Part shown: positions 41,748-52,822 of the stretch, piece after piece
How positions within the stretch are numbered: the first letter of the stretch is position 1
Layout of the letters: each line of letters opens with the position of its first letter
NCBI GenBank assembly: GCA_963789455.1
Contig: CAWBLD010000013.1
Coordinates: 65,559-129,558, forward strand
Reading direction: 5' to 3'
Source: an uncultured Alphaproteobacteria bacterium
GTDB taxonomy: Bacteria; Pseudomonadota; Alphaproteobacteria; Rhizobiales; Xanthobacteraceae
Length of the DNA stretch: 64,000 nucleotides
Made by a program: the position numbers and the translations under genes
Notes under the pieces: generated by a model
Told to the model about the DNA's origin: nothing
Database searches by the model: none
The model's input: the letters and a program-made list of their open reading frames with translations, nothing else

Positions 41748-42531
41748 ATGCATCCGGCCCTGCATTGCTGGCGTGAGGAACTGCCCGCCACCCTGGTGCG
41801 GATACTCGCCTATCTGGGGGGAATTACGGTGCTTTCGATGGCGGCCGCGCAATTCTTTCAAGCGCAGCCGGCGGCACGCGTTACGCCGATCCATCGGCCG
41901 GAATGGATCGAGATCGAGCGGGCGTTCCCGGCCTTCGCGCTGTCCATCCCCGAAGCGACCGATGTGCCGTCGCGCTACGCCATTCGCCGCCACGCCGAGG
42001 GCGGCGGCCGCAAGGACATTCTGGCGCTTGGCGAGCCGGACGGCGTTGCACCTTATCTGCGGGTGGAGATCTACCGGCCGGGCCGCGAGATTCGCCGCTT
42101 TGCCAGTCCGCAAGCCGAGATCGCCGCGGCAGCGGCCGCGCTCGGGCCGGTCGCGCTGCGGCAGCGAGCAGGAACCGCTGGCGAGCAAATTCGGCCCGCT
42201 GTCGATTGTGACGTTCGAAACCGCGAAAGGCACGCGGCGCCATTGCCTCGGCTTCGTGCGCGACTACGACGATCCGCGCCTGCAATTGTCCGGCTGGTTC
42301 TGTCAGGGCGGCGCCGATTTCATCGCGCGCTCGACGCTCGCCTGCGCGCTTGACCGGCTGACGCTGCTCTCCGCCGGCAGCGAAGCCAAGGTCGGCGCGC
42401 TGTTCGCGCAAGCCGAACTCAATCGCAGCTTCTGCGGCCAGCGCGATCCAATCCTGGCGGCAACGCCGAAATATAAGCTGCTGTGGAAGGCGCTGGCGAC
42501 CCGGCCGGAACCGCGCCGGATCGGCCGCTGA
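41748..42531 (+). CDS. Membrane-anchored hypothetical protein (+1 frameshift near 42162)
   Basis: ORF 41748 (TM, 'RRHAEGGGRKD') joins 'SKFGP...CLGF...SGWFC...CALDRLTL' in the adjacent frame. Confidence 0.7.
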
Positions 42532-42713
42532 ACTATGGCAACGAAATTCGCCAAAATCGCGAAGATTCCGCCCCGCCCCGTTGGGGGGCGTTTTCTTGAT
42601 GATTTGCGGCAACACTTGCCGGCGGCAGCAACAATTGCCTGTGATTGGCCCTGTCGCGGCGAACCGAAGCGGGCTAGACTGCGTTGCAACAAGGAGCCAC
42701 CGGCGAGGACCCC

Positions 42714-43070
42714 ATGCGTTTGAAATCAATTGCCACCGCGCTTGCCGTTGCCGGAGCCCTCGCCTTGTTGGCCGCGCCGGCCGATGCGGCGGCTAAGAAA
42801 AAGCGCGTGGTCACCGCCCGCGGCAACACCGTACTCGTGAGCCGCGATGAAGGCGGCCGCAAGCGCACCCGCATCATCATTCAGAAGCGCTCCTATCTCG
42901 ATCCGGGCACCGAAACCTTCCCGGGCGAGAACACCGGCCAGGGTTACGCGATGTCGCCAACTCATTCGGCCTCGGGCGTGATCGACAACACGATCTTCGG
43001 CATCAGCACGTCGTCCCTGCCGGGGCCGTTCACCCTGCCGGGCAGGAACAATCCCTGGATCGGTTACTGA
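42714..43070 (+). CDS. Secreted hypothetical protein
   Basis: GAGG SD, signal peptide ending ADA-A, and '[17 protein letters not shown]'. Confidence 0.75.
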   Translation: MRLKSIATALAVAGALALLAAPADAAAKKKRVVTARGNTVLVSRDEGGRKRTRIIIQKRSYLDPGTETFPGENTGQGYAMSPTHSASGVIDNTIFGISTSSLPGPFTLPGRNNPWIGY

Positions 43071-43094
43071 GCGGCAAGGATCGGAAGGCAACAC

Positions 43095-43122
43095 ACGCGG
43101 CCCTTGGGCCGCGTTTTTGTTT
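43095..43122. terminator. Terminator between convergent genes
   Basis: ACGCGGCC-cttg-GGCCGCGT followed by TTTTGTTT. Confidence 0.75.
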
Positions 43123-44234
43123 AGCCGCGATAGCTTTTCCAGCTCCGCCAGGATCGCCGAGCCCATCTCCGAGGTGCTCACCACCTGGGTGCCTTCCGAC
43201 TTGATGTCGGCGGTGCGCAGACCCTTGTCGAGGGTGGCGGCAATCGCCTGGTCGATCATGTCGGCCTGTTTGCCCATGTCGAACGAGTAGCGCAACGCCA
43301 TGCCGAACGAGGCGATCATGGCGATCGGGTTGGCGATGCCCTTGCCGGCGATGTCGGGCGCCGAGCCGTGCACCGGCTCATAGAGCGCCTTGCGCTTCCT
43401 GGTTTTGGGATCGACCTCGCCGAGCGAGGCCGAGGCCAGCATGCCGAGCGAGCCGGTGAGCATCGAAGCCACGTCCGACAGCATGTCGCCGAACAGATTG
43501 TCGGTGACGATGACGTCGAACTGCTTCGGATTGCGCACCAGCTGCATGCCGCCGGCGTCCGCCAGCATATGCTCGAGCTGCACGTCCTTGAATTCGCGCG
43601 CGTGCAGCGCCGTCATCACCTCGTTCCAGAGCACGCCTGACTTCATGACGTTGCGCTTTTCCATCGAGGTGACCTTGTTGCGCCGCTTGCGCGCCAGCTC
43701 GAAGGCCACGCGCCCGATGCGCTCGATCTCGTAGGTATCGTAGACTTGCGTATCGATGGCGCGCTTCTGGCCGTTGCCGAGATCGGTGATGGTCTTCGGC
43801 TCGCCGAAATAAACGCCGCCGGTCAGTTCGCGCAGAATCATGATGTCGAGGCCCTCGACCAGTTCGCGCTTGAGCGAGGAGGCATCGGCGAGCGCCGGAT
43901 AGGTCACCGCCGGGCGCAAGTTGGCGTAGAGCGCGAGGTCCTTGCGCAGGCGCAACAGGCCGGCCTCGGGGCGCACGTCATAGGGCACCTTGTCCCATTT
44001 CGGCCCGCCCACCGCGCCGAAGATCACCGCGTCGGCGGCCTTGGCCTTTTCCATGGTGGCGTCGGTGATGGCGACCCCGTGCGCGTCGTAACAGGTCCCG
44101 CCGACCAGGGCTTCCTCGGTCACGAATTTGTCCGGACCCTTCTTGTTGAAGAACTCGATGACGCGCTTCACCTCGGCCATCACTTCGGGGCCGATGCCGT
44201 CGCCGGGGAGCAGCAGGAGATTGTGGGTTGCCAT
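43121..44234 (-). CDS. leuB: 3-isopropylmalate dehydrogenase (probable +1 error just before the TAA at 43121-43123)
   Basis: GDGIGPEV, 'NLFGDMLSD' and '[12 protein letters not shown]'. Span is 3n+1. Confidence 0.96.
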
Positions 44235-44363
44235 GAACGCCTCGCCGTTACTGAACTCGCGCGGAGTGCTAGACGGGCCGGGCGCGGTTGGCAAGGCGCG
44301 GCCGGCTTGATCGTGGCGGAGCCGGGCACCATGCTTGCCCGACATGGGGAGGCGATAGGCGCC

Positions 44364-44847
44364 ATGCCGGTACCGCAAATTCGTTTCAGCCTGCGCGGCC
44401 GATGCACCGGCCGCCTGCGAAGTGCTGCGGCGCTCGATTATCGAATTGTGCGAGGCCGATCACGGCAACGATCCGCAATTCCTTAGCCGCTGGCTCGCCA
44501 ACAAGACGCCGGAGAATGTCGCGGCCTGGATCGCCGATGCCGGAAATTTCGTTTATGTCGCGGTCGATGGCGGCAGAATTGCCGGCGTCGCCGCCATGAC
44601 CCGCGCCGGCCTGGTCACATTAAATTACGTGTCGCCGGACGCCCGCTTCAGAGGCGTCAGCAAGGCGCTGTTGGCGGAGCTTGAACGCAAGGCCGCCGAA
44701 CTCGGCCTCGCCCAATGCAGCCTCGAGAGCACAAAAACGGCGCGGCGTTTCTACGAGGCGGCCGGCTACCGCGAGCAAGACGGCGTGGCCGGCGGTTGCG
44801 GCGGCGATGCGGGAAATTGCCGCCCGATGGTGAAAGCTATCGCCTGA
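44364..44847 (+). CDS. GNAT acetyltransferase (+1 frameshift near 44385)
   Basis: The corrected N-terminus [25 protein letters not shown] joins '[16 protein letters not shown]...RRFYEAAGY'. Confidence 0.85.
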
Positions 44848-44857
44848 CCGGCGCCGG

Positions 44858-45632
44858 TTACAGCCCGCTGAACCAGTTGTAGCCCTGGTTTTCCCAATAG
44901 CCGCCGTGGTCGGTGTTGGTGCACTTCCATCGCCACCACGTATTTCGGCTGCTTGAAGCCGAGCTTGGTGGGCATGCGGATCTTCATCGGGAAGCCGTAG
45001 GCGCGCGGCAACAGCTTGTGGTCGAACTTGAACGACATCTGCGTCTGCGGATGCAGCGCGGTCGGCATGTCGATGGTGTTGGTGTAGCCCTCGGCGCATT
45101 TGAACCAGATGTATTTGGCGCGCGTGTCGGCGCCGATGCGCTTGAGGAAATCGGACAACACGGCGCCCTGCCAGGAGCCGATGGCGCTCCAGCCCTCGAC
45201 GCAGACATGGCGGGTGATCTGCGACACCTCGGGCAGCGCGTGCAGCTCGTCGAGCGTCCACGGTTTCTTGTTGTCGACCAGGCCGGCAATCTCAAGCTTG
45301 TAGCTGGCGGGATCGACCACCGGCGCCTCGTCCTCGTTGTAATAGGCGTTGAACGGGAACGGCCGCTTGATCGCGCTTTCGGGGAAGGTCGGCGCCAGCT
45401 TGGTCGGACTGAACAGCGCGGCCTGCGCGCCGTCGTTGAAGGCGGAAATCTTGCGCAGCACGCCTTCGGCGGTGTCGCCATCGATGATGTCGCAGCCGGT
45501 GAGCAGGGCGAGCGCACCCAGGCTCGCCGCCCCGCGCAGGAAGCCGCGGCGCGCCGGATCGGGCATCAGCTTGGCGGCATCCTTGATCAGCAGCCTGGGA
45601 TCGACGCCGGGAATGATTTTGCGCTGGCGCAT
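44858..45632 (-). CDS. Periplasmic molybdopterin oxidoreductase, MsrP/YedY-like (+1 frameshift near 44921)
   Basis: Tat 'RRGFLRG', 'HVCVEGWS' and 'KLGFKQPK'. The corrected tail is GGYWENQGYNWFSGL*. Confidence 0.9.
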
Positions 45633-45642
45633 CTTGTTGATC

Positions 45643-46260
45643 CTATTTCCCCGCGACCATGGCGCGCAGGCTCTTCGGCACCAAGAGCGCCAGCGCCACA
45701 TGCACGACCAGGAAGCCGACGATCGCGCTCATGGCGGCGAAATGCACGTAGCGGGCAAAATCATAGCCGCCGAACAGCGCGGTCAATTCCTGGAACTGCA
45801 CCGGCTTCCAGATCGACAGCCCCGACAGCACGATCACAATGCCGGTGAGGATCACGCCGGCATAAAGCAGCTTCTGCACCGCGTTGTAGTGCGTTAGATC
45901 GTCATGCGCGAGCTGGAAGCTGAGCGCGGCCCTGGCGTCGGCCAGCACCTCGGACGGATAGATCGGCAACAGCTTGCGGCGAAAGCGGCCGCTGGCGATC
46001 CCGAGCGTCACATAGACGACGCCGTTGATCACCAGCACCCACATCGCGGCGAAATGCCAGAGCAGCGCGCCGCCGAGCCATTGGCCGAGCGTGATGTGTT
46101 TGGAAAATTCGAAATCGAACAGCGGCGAGGCGTTGTAGATTTGCCAGCCGGAGCCGATCATGACCAGGATCGCGAGCGCATTGATCCAATGGCACACGCG
46201 TACCCAGCCGGGGTGGATGGCCGCGTCGGCGGGCATGGTGGCGATCGTTTCAGCGGTCAT
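45643..46260 (-). CDS. Cytochrome b/b6-domain membrane subunit
   Basis: 'VRVCHWIN', 'WHFAAMW', 'YNAVQK', 'WKPVQF' and 'RYVHF'. Confidence 0.92.
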   Translation of the reverse strand: MTAETIATMPADAAIHPGWVRVCHWINALAILVMIGSGWQIYNASPLFDFEFSKHITLGQWLGGALLWHFAAMWVLVINGVVYVTLGIASGRFRRKLLPIYPSEVLADARAALSFQLAHDDLTHYNAVQKLLYAGVILTGIVIVLSGLSIWKPVQFQELTALFGGYDFARYVHFAAMSAIVGFLVVHVALALLVPKSLRAMVAGK

Positions 46261-46314
46261 GGCAAGCCTGCCCGTCATTCTAACCAGTATAGGCCCGCAA
46301 TGAATATACGGCGC

Positions 46315-46344
46315 GGCCGGGCCCGCGGCTGCGCGAGCCCGGCC
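46315..46344 (-). other. Intercistronic stem-loop downstream of the MXKDX gene
   Basis: Minus strand GGCCGGGCTCGCG-cagc-CGCGGGCCCGGCC, 13 bp with one G-U pair. Confidence 0.55.
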
Positions 46345-46355
46345 GGCAGCCGGGC

Positions 46356-46598
46356 TTATTTCTTCATGCCGTCTTTGGACATGTCGTCCTTGCCCATGGT
46401 GTCCTTCTTCATCGTGTCCTTGGACATGCTGTCCTTGGACATGTCGTCCTTGCCCATGGTGTCCTTTTTCATCGTGTCCTTGGACATGCTGTCCTTGCTC
46501 ATGGTGTCCTTCTTCATGTCGTCGGCGAAAGCCGGCGCCATGGCAAGCCCGCCAGCGATGGCGGCGGCCAGCACGGCCGAAAACAATTTCTTTTTCAT
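46356..46598 (-). CDS. Pentapeptide MXKDX repeat protein (Met-rich, secreted)
   Basis: Signal peptide ending AFA, then tandem M-x-K-D-x. GGAGG SD. Confidence 0.92.
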   Translation of the reverse strand: MKKKLFSAVLAAAIAGGLAMAPAFADDMKKDTMSKDSMSKDTMKKDTMGKDDMSKDSMSKDTMKKDTMGKDDMSKDGMKK

Positions 46599-46753
46599 TT
46601 CGTATCCTCCTGAGGAATGAACTTGGCAATCCATCCGCTAACACAGGGCTTAAACACGTCCTCATCAGTTTCCCGTTGCTCAAACCTAGCGTTTGGCTCA
46701 CGGTTTTGTGAGAATGCCTAAGCCGGGCCGGATCAGATGAAGGAGCGCTAGCG

Positions 46754-47817
46754 TTGAGCCAATCAGCTGTCGCCAAGACCAGTCCCGGAAATTTTTTCGA
46801 GGACTTCCGCCTCGGTTCTGAGATTCGCCACGCCACTCCGCGCACGGTCACCCTCGGCGATGTGCGCTCTATAACGGCCTGTTCGGGCCGCGTTTCGCCG
46901 TGCAGTCGTCCGATGCATTCGCGGCCAAGATCGGCTATCCGCGCTCGCCGCTCGACGATCTGCTGGTGTTTCACGTGGTGTTCGGCAAGACCGTGCCCGA
47001 TATCTCGCTCAATGCGGTCGCCAATCTCGGCTACGCCGACTGCCGCTTCCTGAAACCGGTCTATCCCGGCGACACGCTCAACTCGGTGTCGCAGGTGATC
47101 GGGCTGAAGGAGAACTCCAACAAGAAGACCGGCATCGTTTATGTGCGCTCGCGCGGATTCAATCAGAATGGCGAAACGGTGCTCGACTATGCGCGCTGGG
47201 TCATGGTGCGCAAACGCAACGAGGCGGCGCCAGCGCCCGAGGAACTGGTGCCGGATCTGCCCAAGAGCGTGGAGCCGGATGTGCTCGGCAATGGCTGCCC
47301 GATCATCAATTCCGCGGCCTATGACAATACGCTGGCCGGCAGCCCGCACCGCTTCGGCGATTACAAGGTGGGCGAGAAGATCGACCACGTCGACGGCATC
47401 ACCGTCGAGGACGCCGAGCACATGATCGCCACGCGGCTGTACCAGAACACCGCGCGCATCCACTTCAACCAGTTCGCCGAGAGTAAGGGCCGCTTCGGCA
47501 AACGCCTGATCTATGGCGGCCACGCCATTTCGCTGGCGCGCACGCTCACCTTCAACGGGTTCGGCAACGCTTTCCACGTGGCGGGGATCAATGGCGGACG
47601 GCACGTGGCACCGCTGTTCGCCGGGCTTACGGTGTTCGCCTGGTCGGAGGTGCTGGCCACTGCCGAGCTGCACGGCCGCACCGACGTGGGCGCGCTGCGT
47701 TTGCGCACCGTCGCCACCAAGGATCGCCCATGTCCCGACTTCCCGTACAAGGACGGCGACGAGTACGATCCGGCAGTGATCCTCGATTTGGATTACTGGG
47801 TGCTGATGCCGCGGTAA
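46754..47817 (+). CDS. mch: Double-MaoC dehydratase, mesaconyl-CoA hydratase-like (1-nt deletion near 46863)
   Basis: 'GNFFEDF..G..IRHATPRT' joins 'FHVVFGKTVPDISLNAVANLGY...TRLYQNTARIHF'. Confidence 0.8.
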
Positions 47818-47820
47818 AGC

Positions 47821-47915
47821 ATCCAAGACACGGCGCAGCACGAAGTGGTGCGCTGCCGATCCGAGACCATTTCAAATTCTGAATGTGCAGCGCTCCCGGT
47901 TCGGCCGCGCACCGG
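47821..47915. repeat. Degenerate palindromic intergenic element
   Basis: GCGCAGCAC-GAA-GTGGTGCGC hairpin with arms resembling other rhizobial repeats. Single copy here. Confidence 0.35.
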
Positions 47916-47925
47916 GCACGAGGAT

Positions 47926-48813
47926 CTACGCACTCGCCCGCAAATGATCGACCAGTTGACGCGCATAGGGCGGCAGCGTGTCGACGTCGCGCACGCAGAT
48001 CGACAATTCGCGCAACGCCCAGGCGTCGGTCAGGCGAACCGACGAGATCGCCATGTTGCGTTCGATCCGCTTCACGGTCGTCTCCGGCACGATGCCGACG
48101 CCGACATTGCATTCGACCAAACGGCAGATGGCGTCGAAGCTGCGCAACTGCACCCGCAGCCGCAAGGGACGGCCGATGCGGTTGGCCTTGTCGGCGAGGA
48201 AGCGCTGGATCGCGCTGGCGCGGTCGAGACCGACCATGTCGTAGTCGAGCACCTCGGCGAAGCCGATGCGCGAACGGCTGGCGAGTGGATGGCTGCGCGC
48301 GACCACCAGCACGAAGCGGTCGCTGCGGAACGGAAAAGTGTACAGCCCGCCGTAATCGACGGTGCCGGCGACAATGCCGATATCGGCGGCGCCTTCCGCC
48401 ATCAGGCCGACGATCTCGTCGGAGAGGCGCTCCTCGAGATCGACGCTGATATCGGGATAGGCCATCAGGAACGAGCTCAGCGTTTCCGGCAGAAATTCGG
48501 TGAGCGCATTGGTATTGGACAGCACCCGCACCTGGCCGGCGAGCCCGCGCGCGTACGGGCTGAGATCCTCCCGCAAGCGTTCGGTCTGCTCCAGGATTCC
48601 GCGCGCGTGCTGCAGCAAGGTACGCCCGGCCGGCGTCGGCACCACGCCCTGGCGCCCGCGCACCAGCAATTCGGTGCCGAACGCCAATTCCATCTTGCGG
48701 ATACGGGTTGACGCGGCGGCCAGCGCCAAATTGGAGCGCGCCGCGCCATGGGTGATGCTGCCCGCCTCCACAATGTGGCGGAACAGATTGAGATCGGTGA
48801 AATCGAAGCGCAT
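47926..48813 (-). CDS. LysR-family transcriptional regulator
   Basis: HTH 'MRFDFTDLNLF...GSITHGA...AAASTRI'. Confidence 0.93.
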   Translation of the reverse strand: MRFDFTDLNLFRHIVEAGSITHGAARSNLALAAASTRIRKMELAFGTELLVRGRQGVVPTPAGRTLLQHARGILEQTERLREDLSPYARGLAGQVRVLSNTNALTEFLPETLSSFLMAYPDISVDLEERLSDEIVGLMAEGAADIGIVAGTVDYGGLYTFPFRSDRFVLVVARSHPLASRSRIGFAEVLDYDMVGLDRASAIQRFLADKANRIGRPLRLRVQLRSFDAICRLVECNVGVGIVPETTVKRIERNMAISSVRLTDAWALRELSICVRDVDTLPPYARQLVDHLRASA

Positions 48814-48824
48814 GGGAGAAGGCA

Positions 48825-48845
48825 GCCTTCTTATTTTACGAAGGC
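48825..48845. promoter_or_regulatory. LysR-type T-N11-A inverted repeat
   Basis: GCCTTC-N9-GAAGGC just upstream of the LysR start. Confidence 0.5.
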
Positions 48846-49122
48846 AGGCTACGCAAAACGCATATTGCGCCATGCTATTCATCAGTTCAAGCTTCGTAAT
48901 TGATAAAGTAGCCGGATACGGCCAGATTAATGGCCGAAAACGGCGGGTTCTGAATGGCGCGCAAGACACGCGAGGTTGTTTCGTTGTCTTGCGCGCTTAA
49001 AATTTGACGTCGAATGCTTGGGTTTATCGCGGATTGGTGCGTTGCGGCGCTGACGGACTTTGGTTAGGAACCGGCCACGGTCGGCGGCGCGTTCAAGCGG
49101 TAAATTCTGAGCGATCTGGAGA

Positions 49123-49557
49123 ATGACGATGGCCGAGATTGAGGCGGGATCGACGGCAGGGCCGCGACGGCCCCGTCCGCTCTCTCCGCATTTGCAAGTC
49201 TATAAGCTGATGCTGACGTTCGTCATGTCCGGCTTCCATCGCATCAGCGGCGCCGTATTGTATTTTGGCATGTTGCTGATCGCCTGGTGGCTGATCGCGG
49301 CAGCCTCCGGCCCCAACGCCTACGGTTATTTCGAATGGTACATGGGCAGCTGGATCGGCCGGCTGGTGCTGTTCGGTTACACCTGGGCCTTGCTGCATCA
49401 CATGCTCGGCGGCATTCGCCACCTGATCTGGGACCTCGGCCTTGGCTTCGAGCCGGCCGAGCGCGAGTTCCTGGCGCTGGCCACCATTGTCGGCTCGATC
49501 GCGCTCACAATCATCGTCTGGGTGATCGGCTATCTCGCCATGGGAGGCCCGCGATGA
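49123..49557 (+). CDS. sdhC: Succinate dehydrogenase cytochrome b556 subunit
   Basis: 'RPLSPHLQVY', 'HRISG' and 'HHMLGGIRHLIWD'. Confidence 0.96.
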   Translation: MTMAEIEAGSTAGPRRPRPLSPHLQVYKLMLTFVMSGFHRISGAVLYFGMLLIAWWLIAAASGPNAYGYFEWYMGSWIGRLVLFGYTWALLHHMLGGIRHLIWDLGLGFEPAEREFLALATIVGSIALTIIVWVIGYLAMGGPR

Positions 49558-49943
49558 AAGGAACTCAAATGCGCACGCCGATGAGTCGCGTTCGCGGGCT
49601 CGGCGCCGCCCACACCGGCACGCAGGCTTTCTGGCATCAGCGCATCACCTCGGTCGCCGGGATCCCGCTTTGCATCGCGGCGATTGTCATCGTCATCGCG
49701 CTGCTCGGGCGCAGTCACGCGGCGGTCGTGCAAATTCTCGGATCGCCGATCGTGGCGATCATCATGCTCCTGTTCATCGTCAACACGGTCTACCACATGT
49801 GGATCGGCATGCAGGAGATCATCGTCGACTACGTGCACGAGGATAAGCTCAAGCTCGCAAGCTTGCTGGCGAATACATTCTTCTGCTTCGCCATCGCGCT
49901 CGCCTCCGCCTTCGCCATCCTCAAGCTCTCGTTCGGGGTCTGA
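49554..49943 (+). CDS. sdhD: Succinate dehydrogenase membrane anchor
   Basis: 'RGLGAAHTGT..FWHQR' and 'HMWIGMQEIIVDYVH'. Confidence 0.95.
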   Translation: MKGTQMRTPMSRVRGLGAAHTGTQAFWHQRITSVAGIPLCIAAIVIVIALLGRSHAAVVQILGSPIVAIIMLLFIVNTVYHMWIGMQEIIVDYVHEDKLKLASLLANTFFCFAIALASAFAILKLSFGV

Positions 49944-49946
49944 GTC

Positions 49947-51776
49947 ATGGCGAAGAATGGAAAATCGAACGACGCTCCCGCAGTCAACGGCCGCGCCTAC
50001 CCGATCGAGGATCACAACTACGACGTGGTGGTGATCGGCGCCGGGGGCTCCGGCCTGCGCGCCGTTGTCGGTTGCAGCGAGGCCGGCCTGCGCACCGCCT
50101 GCATCACCAAGGTGTTCCCGACCCGCTCGCACACAGTTTCCGCGCAAGGTGGCATCGCCGCCGCGCTCGGCAATATGGGCGAGGACGACTGGCGCTGGCA
50201 TATGTACGACACCGTCAAGGGTTCCGACTGGCTCGGCGACCAGGACGCCATCGAATATCTCTGCCGCAACGCGCCGGACGCAGTCTACGAACTGGAGCAT
50301 TGGGGCCTGCCGTTCTCGCGCCGGGAAGACGGCAAGATCTATCAGCGGCCATTCGGCGGCATGACCACCCATTTCGGCAAGGGCACCGCGCAGCGCACCT
50401 GCGCCGCCGCCGACCGCACCGGCCACGCCATGCTGCACACCATGTACGGCCAGGCCTTGCGGCATTCAGCGGAGTTCTACGTCGAATATTTCGCCATCGA
50501 CCTGATCATGGACGACGAGGGCCGCTGCCGCGGCGTGATCGCACTCAACCTCGACGACGGCTCGATCCATCGCTTCAGCGCCAACATGGTCATGGTCGCC
50601 ACCGGCGGCTACGGGCGCACCTATTTCTCCTGCACCTCGGCGCATATCTGCACCGGCGACGGCAATGCGATGGTGCTGCGCGCGGGGCTGCCGCTGCAAG
50701 ACATGGAATTCGTGCAATTCCATCCGACCGGCATTTACGGCGCCGGCTGCCTGATCACCGAAGGCTCGCGCGGCGAAGGCGGCTATCTGGTCAATTCGGA
50801 AGGCGAACGCTTCATGGAGCGTTACGCGCCGTCGGCCAAGGACCTGGCCTCGCGCGACGTGGTTTCGCGCGCCATGACCATCGAGATGCGCGAGGGACGC
50901 GGGGTCGGCAAGAACAAGGACCACATCTATCTGCATCTCGATCATCTCGATCCCGCGGTGCTGCATGAACGGCTGCCGGGCATCGCGGAGCTGGCGCGTA
51001 TCTTCGCGGGCGTCGATATCACCCGCGAGCCGATTCCGGTGCTGCCGACCGCGCACTACAACATGGGCGGCATTCCCACCAACTATCATGGCGAGGCGCT
51101 GACCAAGAAAGATGGCAATGCCGACAGCGTCGTGCCCGGCTTGATGGCGCTGGGCGAGGCGGCCTGCGTGTCAGTGCACGGCGCCAACCGGCTCGGTTCG
51201 AATTCGCTGATCGATCTGGTGGTGTTCGGCCGCGCCGCCGCGCATCGCTGCGCCGAACTGGTCTCGCCCGGCGACAAGCAGCCCGCGCTGCCGAAGGATT
51301 CCGCCGATCGCGCGCTCTCCCGGCTCGACAAGTTCCGCAACGCCTCGGGCGGTACGCGGACCGCGCAACTGCGCCTCACCATGCAGAAGGTCATGCAGAA
51401 CCATTGCGCGGTATTCCGCACCGGCAAGGTGCTGGAAGAAGGCAACAAGCTGATCCATGACGCCTACGAAAACATGTCGGATATCGCCGTCAGCGACCGT
51501 TCGCTGATCTGGAATTCCGACCTGATCGAGACGCTCGAACTCGACAATCTCATGGCGCAAGCGGTCGTCACCATGGCTTCGGCAAAGAACCGCACCGAAA
51601 GCCGCGGCGCCCATGCGCGCGAGGACTTCCCCAAGCGCGACGACAAGGAATGGATGAAGCACACGCTGTCCTGGCTGGACAATAAGGGCAATGCGAAACT
51701 CGACTACCGGCCGGTGCACACCTACACCCTCACCAACGACATTGCCTATATCGAGCCAAAGGCCCGCGTCTACTGA
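49947..51776 (+). CDS. sdhA: Succinate dehydrogenase flavoprotein
   Basis: '[10 protein letters not shown]', '[13 protein letters not shown]' and 'ESRGAHAR'. Confidence 0.98.
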   Translation: MAKNGKSNDAPAVNGRAYPIEDHNYDVVVIGAGGSGLRAVVGCSEAGLRTACITKVFPTRSHTVSAQGGIAAALGNMGEDDWRWHMYDTVKGSDWLGDQDAIEYLCRNAPDAVYELEHWGLPFSRREDGKIYQRPFGGMTTHFGKGTAQRTCAAADRTGHAMLHTMYGQALRHSAEFYVEYFAIDLIMDDEGRCRGVIALNLDDGSIHRFSANMVMVATGGYGRTYFSCTSAHICTGDGNAMVLRAGLPLQDMEFVQFHPTGIYGAGCLITEGSRGEGGYLVNSEGERFMERYAPSAKDLASRDVVSRAMTIEMREGRGVGKNKDHIYLHLDHLDPAVLHERLPGIAELARIFAGVDITREPIPVLPTAHYNMGGIPTNYHGEALTKKDGNADSVVPGLMALGEAACVSVHGANRLGSNSLIDLVVFGRAAAHRCAELVSPGDKQPALPKDSADRALSRLDKFRNASGGTRTAQLRLTMQKVMQNHCAVFRTGKVLEEGNKLIHDAYENMSDIAVSDRSLIWNSDLIETLELDNLMAQAVVTMASAKNRTESRGAHAREDFPKRDDKEWMKHTLSWLDNKGNAKLDYRPVHTYTLTNDIAYIEPKARVY

Positions 51777-51813
51777 CGCGCTGGCCCTCTGATCCAAAAC
51801 GCGGATAGCCGAC

Positions 51814-52593
51814 ATGGTCGAATTTACGCTGCCGAAAAACTCCAAAATCACGCAAGGGCAAACCTGGCCGCACGCGCCCGGGGCCGTGCACGAGACCGAG
51901 TTTCGCATCTACCGCTGGAGCCCGGATGACGGCGCCAATCCGCGCGTCGATACCTACTACGTCGATCGCGACGCTTGCGCGCCGATGGTTCTCGACGCGC
52001 TCATCTGGATCAAGAACAACATCGACCCGACGCTCACCTTCCGCCGCTCCTGCCGCGAAGGCGTATGCGGCTCCTGCGCCATGAACATCGACGGCACCAA
52101 CACGCTCGCCTGCACCAAGGCGATCGACGACGCCAAGGCGCCGGTGCGTATCTATCCGCTGCCGCACCAGCCGGTGGTGAAGGATCTGGTGCCGGACCTG
52201 AAGAATTTCTACGCGCAATACGCTTCCATCGAGCCCTGGCTCAAGACCGTGACGGCGACGCCCGAGAAGGAATGGACCCAGAGCCACGAGGACCGCGTAA
52301 AGCTCGACGGCATGTACGAATGCATTCTGTGCGCGTGCTGCTCGACCTCGTGCCCGAGCTACTGGTGGAACTCGGATCGTTACCTCGGCCCGGCGGCGCT
52401 GCTGCAGGCCAATCGCTGGGTCAAGGACAGCCGCGACGAGGCCACCGGCGAGCGGCTCGACAATCTCGAGGACCCGTTCCGGCTCTACCGCTGCCACACC
52501 ATCTTGAACTGCTCGAAGGCGTGCCCGAAGGGCCTCAACCCGGCAAAGGAGATCGCCGAGTTGAAGAAGGCCATGGTCGACCGGCAGGTCTAG
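51814..52593 (+). CDS. sdhB: Succinate dehydrogenase Fe-S subunit
   Basis: [21 protein letters not shown] and [12 protein letters not shown]. Confidence 0.98.
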   Translation: MVEFTLPKNSKITQGQTWPHAPGAVHETEFRIYRWSPDDGANPRVDTYYVDRDACAPMVLDALIWIKNNIDPTLTFRRSCREGVCGSCAMNIDGTNTLACTKAIDDAKAPVRIYPLPHQPVVKDLVPDLKNFYAQYASIEPWLKTVTATPEKEWTQSHEDRVKLDGMYECILCACCSTSCPSYWWNSDRYLGPAALLQANRWVKDSRDEATGERLDNLEDPFRLYRCHTILNCSKACPKGLNPAKEIAELKKAMVDRQV

Positions 52594-52822
52594 CTTCGGA
52601 CAAATCCGCACAGGCGGCGCGCTGCAACTGGCCGCGGCCGCAAATCTTGTGGCATAATCATTGCAAAATCCGCACGGTGGCCCAATTCGGCCGCAGCCTG
52701 TGGCCATAGTTTCGTCCCGCGGCGGTCACACCGGCGACAAACGCGGGCAATTATGTGAAGTTCTGCCAAACGCAAGCGCCAAGGAATGGCGTGCCCTGTC
52801 TGGATGAGGAAAGGCCCTAGCA

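Noticed and set aside
42864-42885. RTRIII shared between the 42714 and 24714 secreted proteins
   Set aside because: Six-residue match with no flanking similarity; not enough to claim homology.
42726-43120. C-terminal extension of LeuB in the 550-aa ORF
   Set aside because: It runs through a terminator and antisense to another gene. A single extra base before TAA 43121-43123 explains it.
45643-47841. 732-aa minus-strand ORF
   Set aside because: Cytochrome b gene extended by the antisense frame of mch and an off-frame read of the MXKDX gene.
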